This document shows, in pieces, positions 35,101 through 47,500 of a stretch of 64,000 nt of DNA. The stretch is from Mesotaenium endlicherianum (lineage: Eukaryota). Made by a program: the position numbers and the translations under genes. Where the stretch lies: the NCBI GenBank assembly GCA_009602735.1, contig WELA01000598.1:51321-115320 (forward strand), given 5' to 3'. A model generated the notes under the pieces. That model saw only the letters and a list, made by a program, of their open reading frames with translations, searched no databases and was not told the DNA's origin. How positions within the stretch are numbered: the first letter of the stretch is position 1; each line of letters begins with the position of its first letter.

Positions 35101-37019
35101 CCGCCGCCACTTCCCACCTCCTCCCACCTCCTGTTCCACACTGTGAGTGCGCGGGTGCCTGGCAGGCTCAGGCTCAGGGGCTAGGCAGGCCAGGCTCTGG
35201 GCTGAGGGGGGCATGCATGCTGCAGCGCTGTTGGTGACGTGAGTGTGGACTAGCTGAGGTCAGGCCGCCACCTATTGTGTGCCACGCCTGCCACCTACCT
35301 CGGGGAGGTACGATCAGAGTAAGTGCTCTCTTTTCTCAACTGCCCCAGCCAGCTCCGCATCTCCAAGGAGCAGAACCAACTGTGATCTTGATATGGAGTG
35401 TGTCGGTGGCTCAGTTGCTGATTGCAGCAGTGCTGGTCTAGTGGCGGCTTGCTTCATGTAAGGGGGCTGTGTGGAGGTTGCTTTACATAGTGTCGGAGGC
35501 TATTATGCCTTTGCTGCGAGAGTAATCCTCAAGAGAGACGGAGGAGGGAGGAAGGAGAGGGGAGGGCGGGGTATGAGGAATGGGATGGGGGAAGTTGGAT
35601 TGAAAGTTGTGGCAACAGGCAAATAAGCTTGGAAAGGTGGTAATGGGCTACCTGGCGCTGCCCTTGTTGTCATTATTTGTAAACATTTGACAATTGTTGC
35701 TAACTGGTTATAATAATGATAGTGGCACATTAGTTCACTCCAGTCCTCTTGCAGCCACAAGCGAGGCAACAATCGAGGAGCAAGCATTCTTTGCCGTTAC
35801 TGGCTACGACCGACGGGGGCGTGGAGTGACAGAGTTAGGTGGGAGTGAGCGGAGTGTAGTAGACAGCGGCCTTGGCAATGCCCTCCTGTCAAGCACAAGT
35901 GAAGGCCCATCGTAGTGAATTTTATGGAGTGGGGCAGGCTAGATTTCCCGTCCCCTGATCAGGCTAGACGTGCCTGTGTGTTGCCTCCAGCTAGCCCTCA
36001 TAGATAGACTAGAAGAAAGCTCGCTTACAGGCCAAGTACTCATGCGGCACTTGCAGCGTCTGTCTACTGCCAGTTGCCCGCATGCCTTGCCAGGGGCCCC
36101 AAGGTTGTGATCCAGCTCCCCGCTCCCTGAGTCGGTGGTTGTGTCAAAAAGAAGGGGGTGAAAGGGAGCTTCTGCGCAATCAATTTGGACGGAGATCGGA
36201 GCCGCTATTAATGTGGTCTTTGTGCTCATGCAGCTGTGGATGTGAGCAGAGATGAAGGCTGAGTTTAATGGGGAGCAAGCTCTAGCTATAGTGTTTGATG
36301 AGCAGCCTGAGTGCATTGCAACAGGTTGGCATTTTGACTGAAAGGAATGTACGCTTTCCAATCTATTCTCATTGTATGCTAGACTTGTGGGTACTGGGTA
36401 TGAAGCATAATGCTTCTGATGGGAGTGGGATTGGACCTGAAACAACTGTGCTGACTGCTGTGCAAGCTGGTTCGCATTGGGCGTTATCTAGGAGCTCACG
36501 GTAATGTCAAAGTTAAAGATGTTTCATAAAACGCGTTCGTTGTTCATTGTTTTGTGGAAGACCGTAGAGTGCACGGTTCTTTCTTTATCAGCTTAAATGC
36601 CTTGTCCTGCAAATTTGCTGGTTCCTGAGAAAGTAGGTGAACATTGCATGGGCCTGGCCGACTGATAACCCGAGCCATTGACGATATCAACAAAAAGTTA
36701 TGTCTGCACTTTCAGCATCATTTCAAACTATGCTGCCGTACACATTCCAGGTTACATCTTATTTTACTCAAATAAAATAGTGAACTGCAAAATATATCTT
36801 TACCAAAATAACATAACCTGGCATGTTTTGAGGGCCTTTGTGGATGTACCAAGAACATTTTTTGCTTGCTTTTAAGTTCCAACATGAACGTATGTACACT
36901 ATGGCTTTACGTCCAACTTAAAAATCCAGCACGCACCATGTGCGTGAAAAGTCATGGAGGGGTGCCTAATTCATGCACCTGCTTGCACTCTAGCAGTGCA
37001 GGTTTGTCAAGTGACTGAA

Positions 37020-37724
37020 TGTAAGGTTATGAATGTGTAGTTTGTATCTTTCTAGTATTTTATATGCATAGAGTGTGATTTTAGAAAAACTTTGGCCTTT
37101 AGTTCAAGTCATTTGGACAAGTATTGAGAAAGTTGTGAATTTTGGAAGTTTTTAGTGAGTTTTTAATGTCACAGATTCTGTTTAGTGACAAGGACCGGTC
37201 CAGTGACGAAAATTTTGGTTGGAGTCCAGGAAGTAGGACATTGAAACATGAGGGTTCCAGAACCTACGTACAATTACGTAGAGTGCGAAAGTGATCGTGA
37301 AATTTCTAGAAACTCCGTGAGGAGTTAGTGGATTGTGTAGTAGAACATTCTAGAGTGTGATTGTGTGCGGGTGAGTGTGCTAGCTTGTCCAACTAGGCAA
37401 GGTCACCTACATGGAAGGAGCCATAGTAGAAGGTTCTGGAGGTACTTTGCTGGAGAGGACACTTAGAGTTGAAGCATAAAAGAGGGAGTCTAGTCTTGTC
37501 TAGGGGAGTCTAACCTTCTTATCTTGTACACGACTTTTCTTAATCAAGTGAGTTCTTTACCACTCCTCTCTCATGTAGCTCTCTTACTCTTGCAAGGGTG
37601 GCACACCACCAGGCCACTCCACCTTGTGTATGCAACTAGGAAAGGTCCTCGTGCACGCTTCCACTCGCGGGTGAGGGTGCGTGAGTGTGTATGGGCGCAC
37701 TCCTCGCACCCTTCTCCCCTTTCA
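37020..37724 (+). repeat. 5' LTR of non-autonomous element
   Basis: Direct repeat of 40961-41656. Confidence 0.95.
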
Positions 37725-40700
37725 CATGGTATCGGAGCTACCTAGTTGCTTCATTTGGAGGAGGGAGCTTTGGTTGGTGATGCTTGTAGGAGTGTAGAGA
37801 GGGTAGAGAGGAGAAGCAAGGTTCATTTATAAGTTGCTAAGGGCAGCCATGAAGACGTTGATGCAAGCTAGCATCTCACTCTCTTGAAGGAGGGAGGAGA
37901 TGGGAAGAGGGAGGGGCGCCAAGAAGTGTTAACTTGGATGCAACCAGATTTTTGTACGTCTTCTTTGTAGTATAAGGAGGTTGCCCAAGGATGGTAGTGA
38001 TATAAGTAGCATAGAGCGTCCTTTGCTTGAGTATGGAGACATATGAGCATGAAGAAAATCTGGAATTTACACGGCTGGATTTTTCCTTGAAGATGCAAGC
38101 TCTTTGGTGTTAAGCACTTTCTTTGAGGGGGGCTTAGCATAGAGGTGTTAGTGGCTAGAAAGGAGTGTGTGCCCATCTTTATTTCAGATCTTCAATGAAG
38201 GTGGAGCAGATTTTAAGAGTAGGCAACCGGTGACTTAGTAAGCAAGTCTAGGAGCTTTGGCGGGCATTGCACTCGCAAGCTCAAGAGGAGCTCATGAGAA
38301 GCTCAAGAGAGGGTGCACCGGGGTGTTGCACCAAGTTGGCCAAGTATGTGGCCAGATTTGGGTTGCCTTGCATCACTCCTATATAGCCACTGGATATTAT
38401 TGGCCAGCCATGATGGAGCTGGGCACTTTGTATGGAGATTGGAGAAGCCTCAAGTGAAGAGAAGCGTCGTGGAGAAGGCTTGGAGCAAGAAGAAGTGACG
38501 CATATTTTTTTTCTTCCATCAAGATAGTTGGAGATGGAGCCTTTCAAGTTCAGATTTTTCTTTTTCTTATGGAGGAGACTACCATAGAGTCCTTAAGGTT
38601 GAGAGCTAAGATGAAGACAAGCCTATGGTGTGGAAGAAGAAGCAAGGTATGAAGTTGGTGCAAGAGGGCTAGTGCAAGAGATGTCTTCCACTTGAAGTGC
38701 GTGTGCCATTGATTGTGTGATGGCATAGTTAAGGGGCAGATTTTTGGTGCATCTATGGAAGCTCTTCATGTGAAAGTAGAGCACCAAGGCAAGCTGGGTT
38801 TAGTAGTAAGAAGTGTCATTGGGATGACCAAGGCTAGAGTGCACTCAAGAAGCTAAGCATGTGGAAGGAGTTGCACAAAGAGAGTAGCCTATCCTCTAGT
38901 GCTTTAGTGCACGGGTCAAGTGAAGACCAAGGAGGAGTATGGTCAAGTGAGGATAGTGAAATAGGTGGAGGTAGATATGACCACAAGTAGCTATCTTCAG
39001 CCCGCTAGCAAAGAAGCGACGCGGGAAGGTGAAGGTGAAGGAGAAGCGCTTGTTTTGGTGACCTTGGCCCGGTCATCGCATGTAGCAAGCGTGCCTCCTA
39101 ACAACCTTGGCGAGCGCGCATCGCCGGTGGAGCAAGTAGAGGTGTATGATCCCCTTGCTCATATATAGAGCAGACCCCAACTGCTCAAGTGGAGGAGCTC
39201 CTAGAACGTGAGCTCAAGAAAAGCCCGCTTGCAAGACAAAGTGTGTGCGAGCACAAGATGAGGTGCAAGCACTAAGACTATGTGCGTTTGCCCAAGTTAT
39301 GGAGCTCATGGAGGCGTTCCAGATGTGTTTCTTGGAGCCTTGTGTGAAGGCAGACCTTCAAGAAGAGCCAAAAGTGTGTGGGAGTGAGCATCTAGCCAAG
39401 AAGAAGACTATGATGGAGTTTGGTGCACCACGAGCGAGACTACGCGCTCATGCCTTGTGAAGATTATTATCGTCGCTTGATGGAGACTACGACTTTATGG
39501 ATATGGACCTATGAGGAGGAGACCAAGTGTAATGAGGCTGATATGTTCTGCCTAAGATGGAGATATATGACAAAGACCTGGACATGAAGCTAGGAGAATC
39601 AGCGCCTATACAAGCAAGCACGAGAGGCGTAAAATCTGGACTGGACACTCAAGTGGTAAGCGCCTTACCTTCATGATGAGGGGGGGAGTGTTATAGTTGT
39701 TTATAGTGCTTGTAAGCAAGGTCAAGCCAGTACCATGAGTTCAGTTGTGACTAAGAGATGTGAAGTGGAAAGAAGTTTGAGAGCAAGTGCTTGGAAGATA
39801 CTTAAATCTGTCCATGGTTGAGGGTTTTACGGGTAGGCGAGTGCGAGGGTTAAAGTTGGCAGATTTTGGCTACTTTTGCCTACTTAGAAGAGAGTGGGTA
39901 ATATTTTCACTAGAAGTCCTACATGATGTGAGAGGCCTAGTATGAGGCCTGCCTTGAGTCATAGTCAAGTTTCAGAATCAGGGGTTTAAGCATGTGCCAT
40001 TTGTAGGCGCGGGAGCTTGATACGTGTTGCGCGCGTGTGCGTCCTACGAGCGTGAGGCACAAAGTGTCGATTTCGTTTGAGTGTTAGACTTTGATTCAGA
40101 TTCTGAAATTTTGTGGAGAGGTAGTCCTATGGGTTGAAATTTAGAAAAAGTAATTTTTTTTATAAAAATGTTAATTTAAGTCCTGACAGTGCCACATGGC
40201 GGTCTGTTGGACTGCCGTGCGAGCCACATGTGTGAGGCAAGGCGCAATCTGATTTCATGGTCTTAGACTTAAAATTAAGGGAAACAGAGCATACCAGTGA
40301 GTTCAGAGGGGTGATACTATGTAAATTGCACAACTTTCAGGCTAAAAATGTCAAAAAAAGTTAGGGGGGTGCCACTTGACGTCTTGAGAGGTCACCACGA
40401 GTCACGCACACAAGTGCGAGAGTGCAATACCTCTACAAGGCGTATGGCTTAGAGCTAGAGGTAGCCAAGGGTACCAGAAGGTTCAGGAATATAGTGGAGT
40501 CAAGTTCATGATGTAATCTGGTCAAAATATAAGAGCACCACGAGTAAGCCACATGGCGCGACGAGGAGTTGCCACTTGTCCAAGAGGGCGAAGAATGAGT
40601 ATTTTGGCGATTTGGCGGACTATTATGCATTGGATCCAGCTTTGGAGTATGTGGAGATGATGGAGGGAGTATGGTACAGCCTTGATGAAGATATTGGCCT

Positions 40701-40960
40701 ACTCCAAGACGAAGGAGTTGAAGAGAAGATGCATTTGTATTAGGAGACGCCATGTGTGGAGCCAATGAATGCGATGGAGCTTTTACTACGTGGAGTAGTT
40801 TGGAGAATTGAGCATCATCCTGGAGCCTGTTCAAGACTTGCAACTTGTATAATATCTGTGTATATGTGTTTGTCTAGCGTATATGTGAGCTCAATTCTTC
40901 ATACGACGTCACTTATGCTTAGTATGCGTCGAGGACGTCAAATCTTGAGGACGGGGATGA

Positions 40961-41656
40961 TGTAAGGTTATGAATGTGTAGTTTGTATCTTTCTAGTATT
41001 TTATATGCATAGAGTGTGACTTTAGAAGAACTTTGGCCTTTAGTTCAAGTCATTTGGACAAGTATTGAGAAAGTTATGAATCTTGGAAGTTTTTAGTGAG
41101 TTTTTAATGTCACAGATTCTATTTAGTGACAAGGACAGGTCCAGTGACGAAAATTTTGGTTGGAATCCAGGAAGTAGAACATCGAAACATGAGGGTTCCA
41201 GAACCTACGTACAATTACGTAGAGTGCAAAAGTGATCATGGAATTTCTAGAAACTCCGTGAGGAGTTAGTGGATTGTGTAGTAGAACATTCTAGAGTGTG
41301 AATATGTGCGTGTGAGTGTGCTAGCTTGTCCAACTAGGCAAGGTCACCTACATGGAAGGAGCCATAGTAGAAGGAGGTACTTTGCTAGAGAGGACACTTA
41401 GAGTTGAAGCATAAAAGAGGGAGTCTAGTCTTGTCTAGGGGAGTCTAACCTTCTTATCTTGTACACGACTTTTCTTAATCAAGTGAGTTCTATTCCACTC
41501 CTCTCATGTAGCTCTCTTACTCTTGCAAGTGTGGCACGCCACCAGGCCACTCCACCTTGTGTATGCAACTAGGAAAGGTCCTCGTGCACGCTTCCACTCG
41601 CGGGTGAGGGTGCGTGAGTGTGTATGGCGCACTCCCCGCACCCTTCTCCCCTTTCA
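40961..41656 (+). repeat. 3' LTR of non-autonomous element
   Basis: Direct repeat of 37020-37724, preceded by the PPT. Confidence 0.95.
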
Positions 41657-42059
41657 CTGAAAATGAAAAAAGCGATTCCCAAGTTACCACCGAACCACAA
41701 AAAGGCCACTTGTCACCGTCAAACTATTTGCCGAGAGGAAGAGCAGCAAAGTTGTACAATGTGACACTCTTGAGAATAGAGAGGCAGAGGTCCACAAGAA
41801 AATTATCAGGACTTCAAAATCCACAACAAGCAGGCTCTTTCTTGAAAGAGCAAAAGATGCACACCTCTCCAACCTCCAACCTGCCTTCACATAAGATAAC
41901 CAACCTTTGAGAAGCAACTCAGAGCTAGGTGGCAGGCTCCATCAGCTCTGGGGTCACCATGGTCAAATGATGAACCCTGATACGTACAAGGGTGATTGCG
42001 CAATCCTATTCCTAAGCAGTGACTTGAGTCTTGGCACTCCTGTTGCATCTCCTGAAGCT

Positions 42060-42810
42060 TGTCTTCCCCTGCTATGGCTGCTTTTCCTAGGGATCCTAAA
42101 GCTGATCACGGCGAACGAGCTGCCCCAGCTGCATCTGAAACTGCAGCATTTGCAGCCGGTCCTTCTGCACCTGGATCTGAGCGTCAGACAATTCTGCGGG
42201 GAAGCTACAGTTTCCAACGCCCAGCAGCAGCTGTTGCATGGCGCGCATATCTTCCTCCGCCCGCTGCTGCCGCTCCGCCTCGCGCTCATGCTCAAGCCGC
42301 CACAGCTCTTCCTGCTGCTGCTCCATCACCTGCTACACCAAGTGCTGCTGCTGCTGCATCGCTCGCTGCTCCTGCTTCAGCACCTCGATCCGAGCATCAA
42401 AAAGCTTTGCGTGAGAAGCAGACTCTTGCGCGCCCGCCCCCTGCGGCGCCGCGACCAGCATGCGCTGCAGGTATGCCACGTACTTGGCTGAGTGGGAAGT
42501 GGGGTGCTCGGCGTTTTGGGCCATCTCCAGCATGTACTGCAGCAAGTGCTCGGGCCCCATCTGCCGCAACCGCTCCATCCGCTGCTTCCACTCGCGTCCT
42601 TGCTGCTCAAACTGCTGCCGCCACTCCTCCACCTGCTGCCCCTGCTCCTGCTGCTGCTGCTGCTGCGACTGGGAGTGCTCTCTTACGGGCCCTGTCGTGC
42701 AGCTGCTGTCAGGGTTGCCACTGGAGTGGCCGCCATTGCTGTGCGCCCCGCTCTGCAGCGCGCAGGAACCAGTAGCACTTTGACTGTCAGCACCGGCATG
42801 GGCATCTGGA
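42060..42810 (-). pseudogene. Gln-rich coiled-coil coding remnant of unknown function
   Basis: GC3-rich frame QQQQQQEQGQQVEEWRQQFEQ...LKQEQRAMQQQQHLV*QVMEQQQEELWRLEHE; in-frame TAG at 42333-42335 and further stops near 42096. Confidence 0.5.
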
Positions 42811-44538
42811 GCAGCAGCATCAGGCCGTAGTATATCGACAGCATGATTAGCAGCAACAGCAGGCCAGATCAAAGAACCTGCCGCCCAGCAGACTTTACTT
42901 CCCTCACAGTCTATCAGGCAACTTGTCTTTACTGGTTGATGCTGAATCAGAAGGCCCCCAGAGACAAGAGACGGAGCAGAAGGGTACCATGGCTGAGGAC
43001 AGCTGGAGCTGCTCAAGCTGAGAAGGCAACACGGGCTCATCCGCCTCTGGGAGACCGTTGCCAGGTGGCGTCATCAGGGAGGTCTGCTGCAGCTGCACTG
43101 GAAGCTGCAAGACCTTGACTGTGCCGTAGTCTGCAACATAACTCCCGCATAGAGGAAATCCCAAAACCGAGTGCGACGTAGTGACTTGATGAGAGGGGTG
43201 GTCAGCTCAGACTGCTTCAACACGGGAACGACCTAATCATTTTAGTTCCGATCTCCAATGCGTCATTGCTCTGTGCCATGTCCTGAATCTCCTGCTTGAA
43301 CATAGACAGATGTCAACAAAGAAAGGGGTTAAAAAAACAGCTGCAGTCATGGAAGAGATATGCTGAAGCGAGCATATGCAGTGGCATCTCGAATTGTCTC
43401 AGCCATATTTGTACTCTTCATACTCCCACTTTTGCTACATTGAGAAACCTATTTTTTCTTCTTTTGATGGTCATGACTTGGGCGTTTTTAGCAGAAGGTC
43501 AATATCTGCACCTGTAAATGAAGTCATAGCACCCACTTCTTAAAGTATACATACAAATAATAGGACCTCTTTTGAAATATACAATGCTATTCATGACACT
43601 TCCATTGTCTTCATGATTAAGTATAAAGTGGTAGATGTATGAGAGAGAACAACCTGGCTCCCGCATTTAAAAGCAATGTGCACTACTCAATACAGAAAAG
43701 CCTCTGTACAGCTGAAATTCCTCAGAGTAAATCATCTGGCAACAACAAAGAACCAAGTCCTACACAAAACCTTATGCTGGTCCACCAGTAGGAAGCGCAG
43801 AACTTTATCTAAGACCTAGTTAATAAGCAAAGGGTGTGGGAAGACACACAAGACCTACTAGACACAAGAACACAGCAAGTATGAATCACATACTTTGCTT
43901 CTGGTTGAATGTCCTTACTTCCGATTGACCCTTCCCAGGTGTGTATCTACCTTCAGCACTGGGAGGCCAGAATGCAGAGACCTAAGAGCCGCCACACAGT
44001 GACTCTGCGCTCAAGGTTAGTGACTCCGTCCCTCTTATCAACTTCAGGAGACTCCATGCAGAGGAGTCTCATCTCCTCACAAGTATGTGATGCAGTGGGT
44101 AGACCACAACATGACCACTTTTAGAGTGTCTTGTTTGCCAGAATCTGCCGACCTATCCATGTCACCTCTGCGTCTTAACTCGCTCAACTCTTCACTAGGC
44201 TAGTACCCACTTTTAGATCTTTTGGGTCAACGTGGAAATATTGGTATTCTGATACCTATTCAGGAGGCCCCAGAGCAGCCAAAACATCGCCCCTGCTTCA
44301 ACCAGCTTCGCCAAAACCGGCCAAACTCAGAGCTCTAGCCACGACAACGAACCGTCTCACCCTAACACTTCTTTGCTTGTGCTGAGATTTCAGAAGAGTC
44401 CTCCGTAAAATGACACCTCCCTTGTTAACAGGAAGAGTGTCGCTTTTGCGGTGGACTTTTTGCGCAGATAGAAGCAGAGAGATGATCTAAAAATAAAAGG
44501 GAAACTTGATTTAGACGGATCCAACATTGCCTGTATCT

Positions 44539-44540
<2 letters not shown>

Positions 44541-44571
<31 letters not shown>

Positions 44572-44574
44572 NTA
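44541..44574. repeat. (AT)n microsatellite
   Basis: Read directly; contains one n. Confidence 0.95.
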
Positions 44575-47500
44575 CGCGAAAGTGCGCGCAGTCGGTGGAG
44601 GTCTGGGATTAGTCCTGTGAAACCTATGAAAGCAACAAGCATGCATGCATATTCATGCATATTTACTATTATTCTATTATACCCCTATACTTGTTCAATG
44701 TTATCGTCCCCTCACAGACCCGCCGAACGATCGCGACAAATTAAGGCGTCAAAACAGCGCGAACGCCGTCGACGCTCGAAGTCGACGCTAACGACCCTCC
44801 CTCCCTCCTTCCCTCTCTCCACCATGCCTCCTCCCCCTTATCCCCTCTCTCTCTAACACCCTCATAACTAGCAGGCGGCCACGGCCGCCTGCAACAACGA
44901 GCGGCCATGGCTGCCCAGCAGCAGGCGCTCCCGACCATTCCACCCCATGAACCCTTCTAGCGAGGAAGAGCGCCCTCTCCCACAACCCCATGGCGGGCTA
45001 CCTCGCGGCCCAGGCGAGGCTCCGCCTCGCTCCTCCTCGCCATAGCCGCTCACGATAAGTGCCCTAAGGACGCACTCTCTCAGCGAAAGCGAAGAGGAAT
45101 AAAGTTATGGCCAAGCCCTAATTTATGGCGGTTGCGAAAGGGCGGGCCTCGCTGGGGCCGCACAGAGAAAGTGTTCACGACAAACGCTTTCGCGTGGCAA
45201 ATCTCCGATTTCGAACGCGTACGGGCCAGCGCTCACACGAGCGAGGGCCCTTACTGATTTCCCCCTCACAAGAGTTACGTGAAGGGCGTCTCACTGACGT
45301 CAATAAACTACCCTACATACTGAGAAGAGGTTAGCGAAAGATGGCTCCTGGGCTTTACATGTAGGTTATTCATATGAAATGCTGATATCAAATGATTTTG
45401 CCAGATAAAGGTATCCTAATATCGGAATCTCACTTCGCCCCCCCTCGCCACCTTACACGAGCCCCTCAATCTTGACACTTGATAGTTATCTGCACTTAAT
45501 TAATTGACACAAAGCACATCAAGAGAGGCCAAGCGACTGGCTGGTTATTGGAGCTACCTCACAGTCATGGCCGAGGAGTCCACCTTCCGTGTAAGCAACT
45601 CTCCTTCAGAGCTGGTAGAGAAACACCTTCTCCGGCCAACTTCTGTGCCATCTGCCACCTAGTTGTTTTAAGAGATTTGTGACCATAAGTCATCCGGTTG
45701 TGCTTACGAGCTGTGAGGTTTGTCCTGCCGCAGCTGAGTGACTTGTGGTTGACAAGGGGCCACTCTACGGAGGAGGGTCCGTGCTAGAAGTTGAGATTGT
45801 GGAGAGTGGCTCTAATTCTAGTTTGCAGGGTAGAAGTTTCCAGATGGATGCTGTGAGGCAACTACAAGTGCTGCAGCTGGGGAACGCTGGTCAGCATGAA
45901 GCCCAGAGCGTGTGCTGGAGAAAACAACTCAGGTTTCTAAAAGTTTCAATGACCAAAGAAATCTCCCCATATCCTTTTCCCGAACAACTGCTTTTCTACG
46001 CACATCACAAATCATGGAGCAATGTTGACTGCAAGGTCTTTATATATTTTTGTGAAAGGGAAAAGGGCGGGAAGAGGGGAGGGTGGGAGCTGTGGCACGG
46101 GGGCAGGGTTTGGTCTCTGCGAGGTTTGGGGTTTTTCCTCGAAAGGTTGTCAACCAGTGGCTCCACTTTTCTGGTCACTACGCTGCGATTTGTGCTCCTG
46201 GGCAGAAGGGTTGCACTTTCTCCTGCTCAGCTAGCGAGGTTCTCGCTAAGCGAGAGAGCTGTGGCCAACCACCCTCAGGGGGGCTGTGTGCGGGCGGTGG
46301 TAGTGGCGGCGGTGTCGTGCTGGTGGTGCCACGTCCACGCGGCCGTGGGCCTCTCTTGTCTGCGTTCCACTGCCAAGCTGGCAAGCAGGCTGGCAGGCAC
46401 CAGTACTAGCGGCAGGTTGGAAGGGAGGGGGATGACAAGTGCGCCTCCAACGCCTTTCCGTTCCCAGCTCTGCTCTACAGCAAGAAAATGGAGGCACAGC
46501 AGCCCCCACCCTCATAGCCAGCTGGCTTGGAGGAGCTCTCACGACCCAATAGCCCCCTGCCAGCTGCAGGCGGGGAACACAGAGGGCGATGGCTAGTCGA
46601 AGGCCAAGGGGAGTGGGGGGGGGGTGCTTCTTTGAGAACTGGTCTAGGCTTTAGCAACCAGCTCCCCCCTTGCAGGGATGCTCGCTTGCGGAAGAAGGAG
46701 GCCTTGAGAGTACCAGGTGGCGGATGCGTGCTTCCTCCCTCCCTGTCCCTCCCCTCCCCGTCCCTCTCTCTAGGTGAAGGCCACTTCCAGGACCTGTTTA
46801 AGAAGTGGCCAAGGATTGCTGCTCTCTGGCAGAGGGAGGGGCACGCTGAACGCGGCCGTGCACTCACACTCACGGCACGTGGCGTGCACTGTCTTGCCTA
46901 CATTCTTTGGGCTGGGTTGAACTAGGTAAAATTGGGATAGGCTAGGCTGGATTCGATTGGGCTGGGCTGGGCTGGGCTGGCCGGAGGTGGGATGCAACCT
47001 GGTGAAATGCTCCCCCAAGTGTTTGTGACTAGGAAAGGAAGGGGGTATTGTGCTTGTATTTGGTTGTCCCTTTGTGCACTCAAAAGTGACGATCCCGAGG
47101 CTGGTGGGCCTCGGGGCGTTAGTGCCCACTTCAAGGAGCCTCAAATTTGGTCAAAATACATTGTAAATATATAATATACGACACATACATGTATGGCGTG
47201 ACAGATCAAGCTGTATTTTACTGTACAACACGTCAACTGGTCACGCTAGGAGACGCGCTCAAAATCTTGCACTCTCCAGCCTGCACCCAAATTCAAACAC
47301 CTCTACATGTACGTATGCTGTGCCAGTCGAGGTATGCAGTGCTTGTGGTCGACGAGACGGAACGAGAGCAGTCTTGAGCGCTAGGGGCAGAGTACAACCC
47401 TCTGAACGATTGTACGCCGTGGGAGGTCCAGCCAGTGCGTAGTCAGGGGGGTAAGTGGCAACTGGCAGTGCCTTTGAAACAGGGTGACAGAGGGTCGCTT

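Larger units (their letters stand above)
37020..41656 (+). mobile_element. Non-autonomous LTR retrotransposon (LARD-like), related to the chromovirus
   Basis: LTRs 37020-37724 and 40961-41656 (TG...CA, near-identical); TSD CTGAA (37015-37019, 41657-41661); PBS TGGTATCGGAGC (37727-37738); PPT GAGGACGGGGATGA (40947-40960); ~3.2-kb interior with no long ORF. Confidence 0.93.

Noticed and set aside
44535..44600. A|TCTAGATATATA... resembling a Helitron 5' end that might have captured F-box genes
   Set aside because: No convincing hairpin plus CTRR 3' end and no Rep/helicase sequence seen.
45745..46596. 283-aa plus-strand ORF
   Set aside because: Non-ATG start, no recognisable motifs or codon bias.
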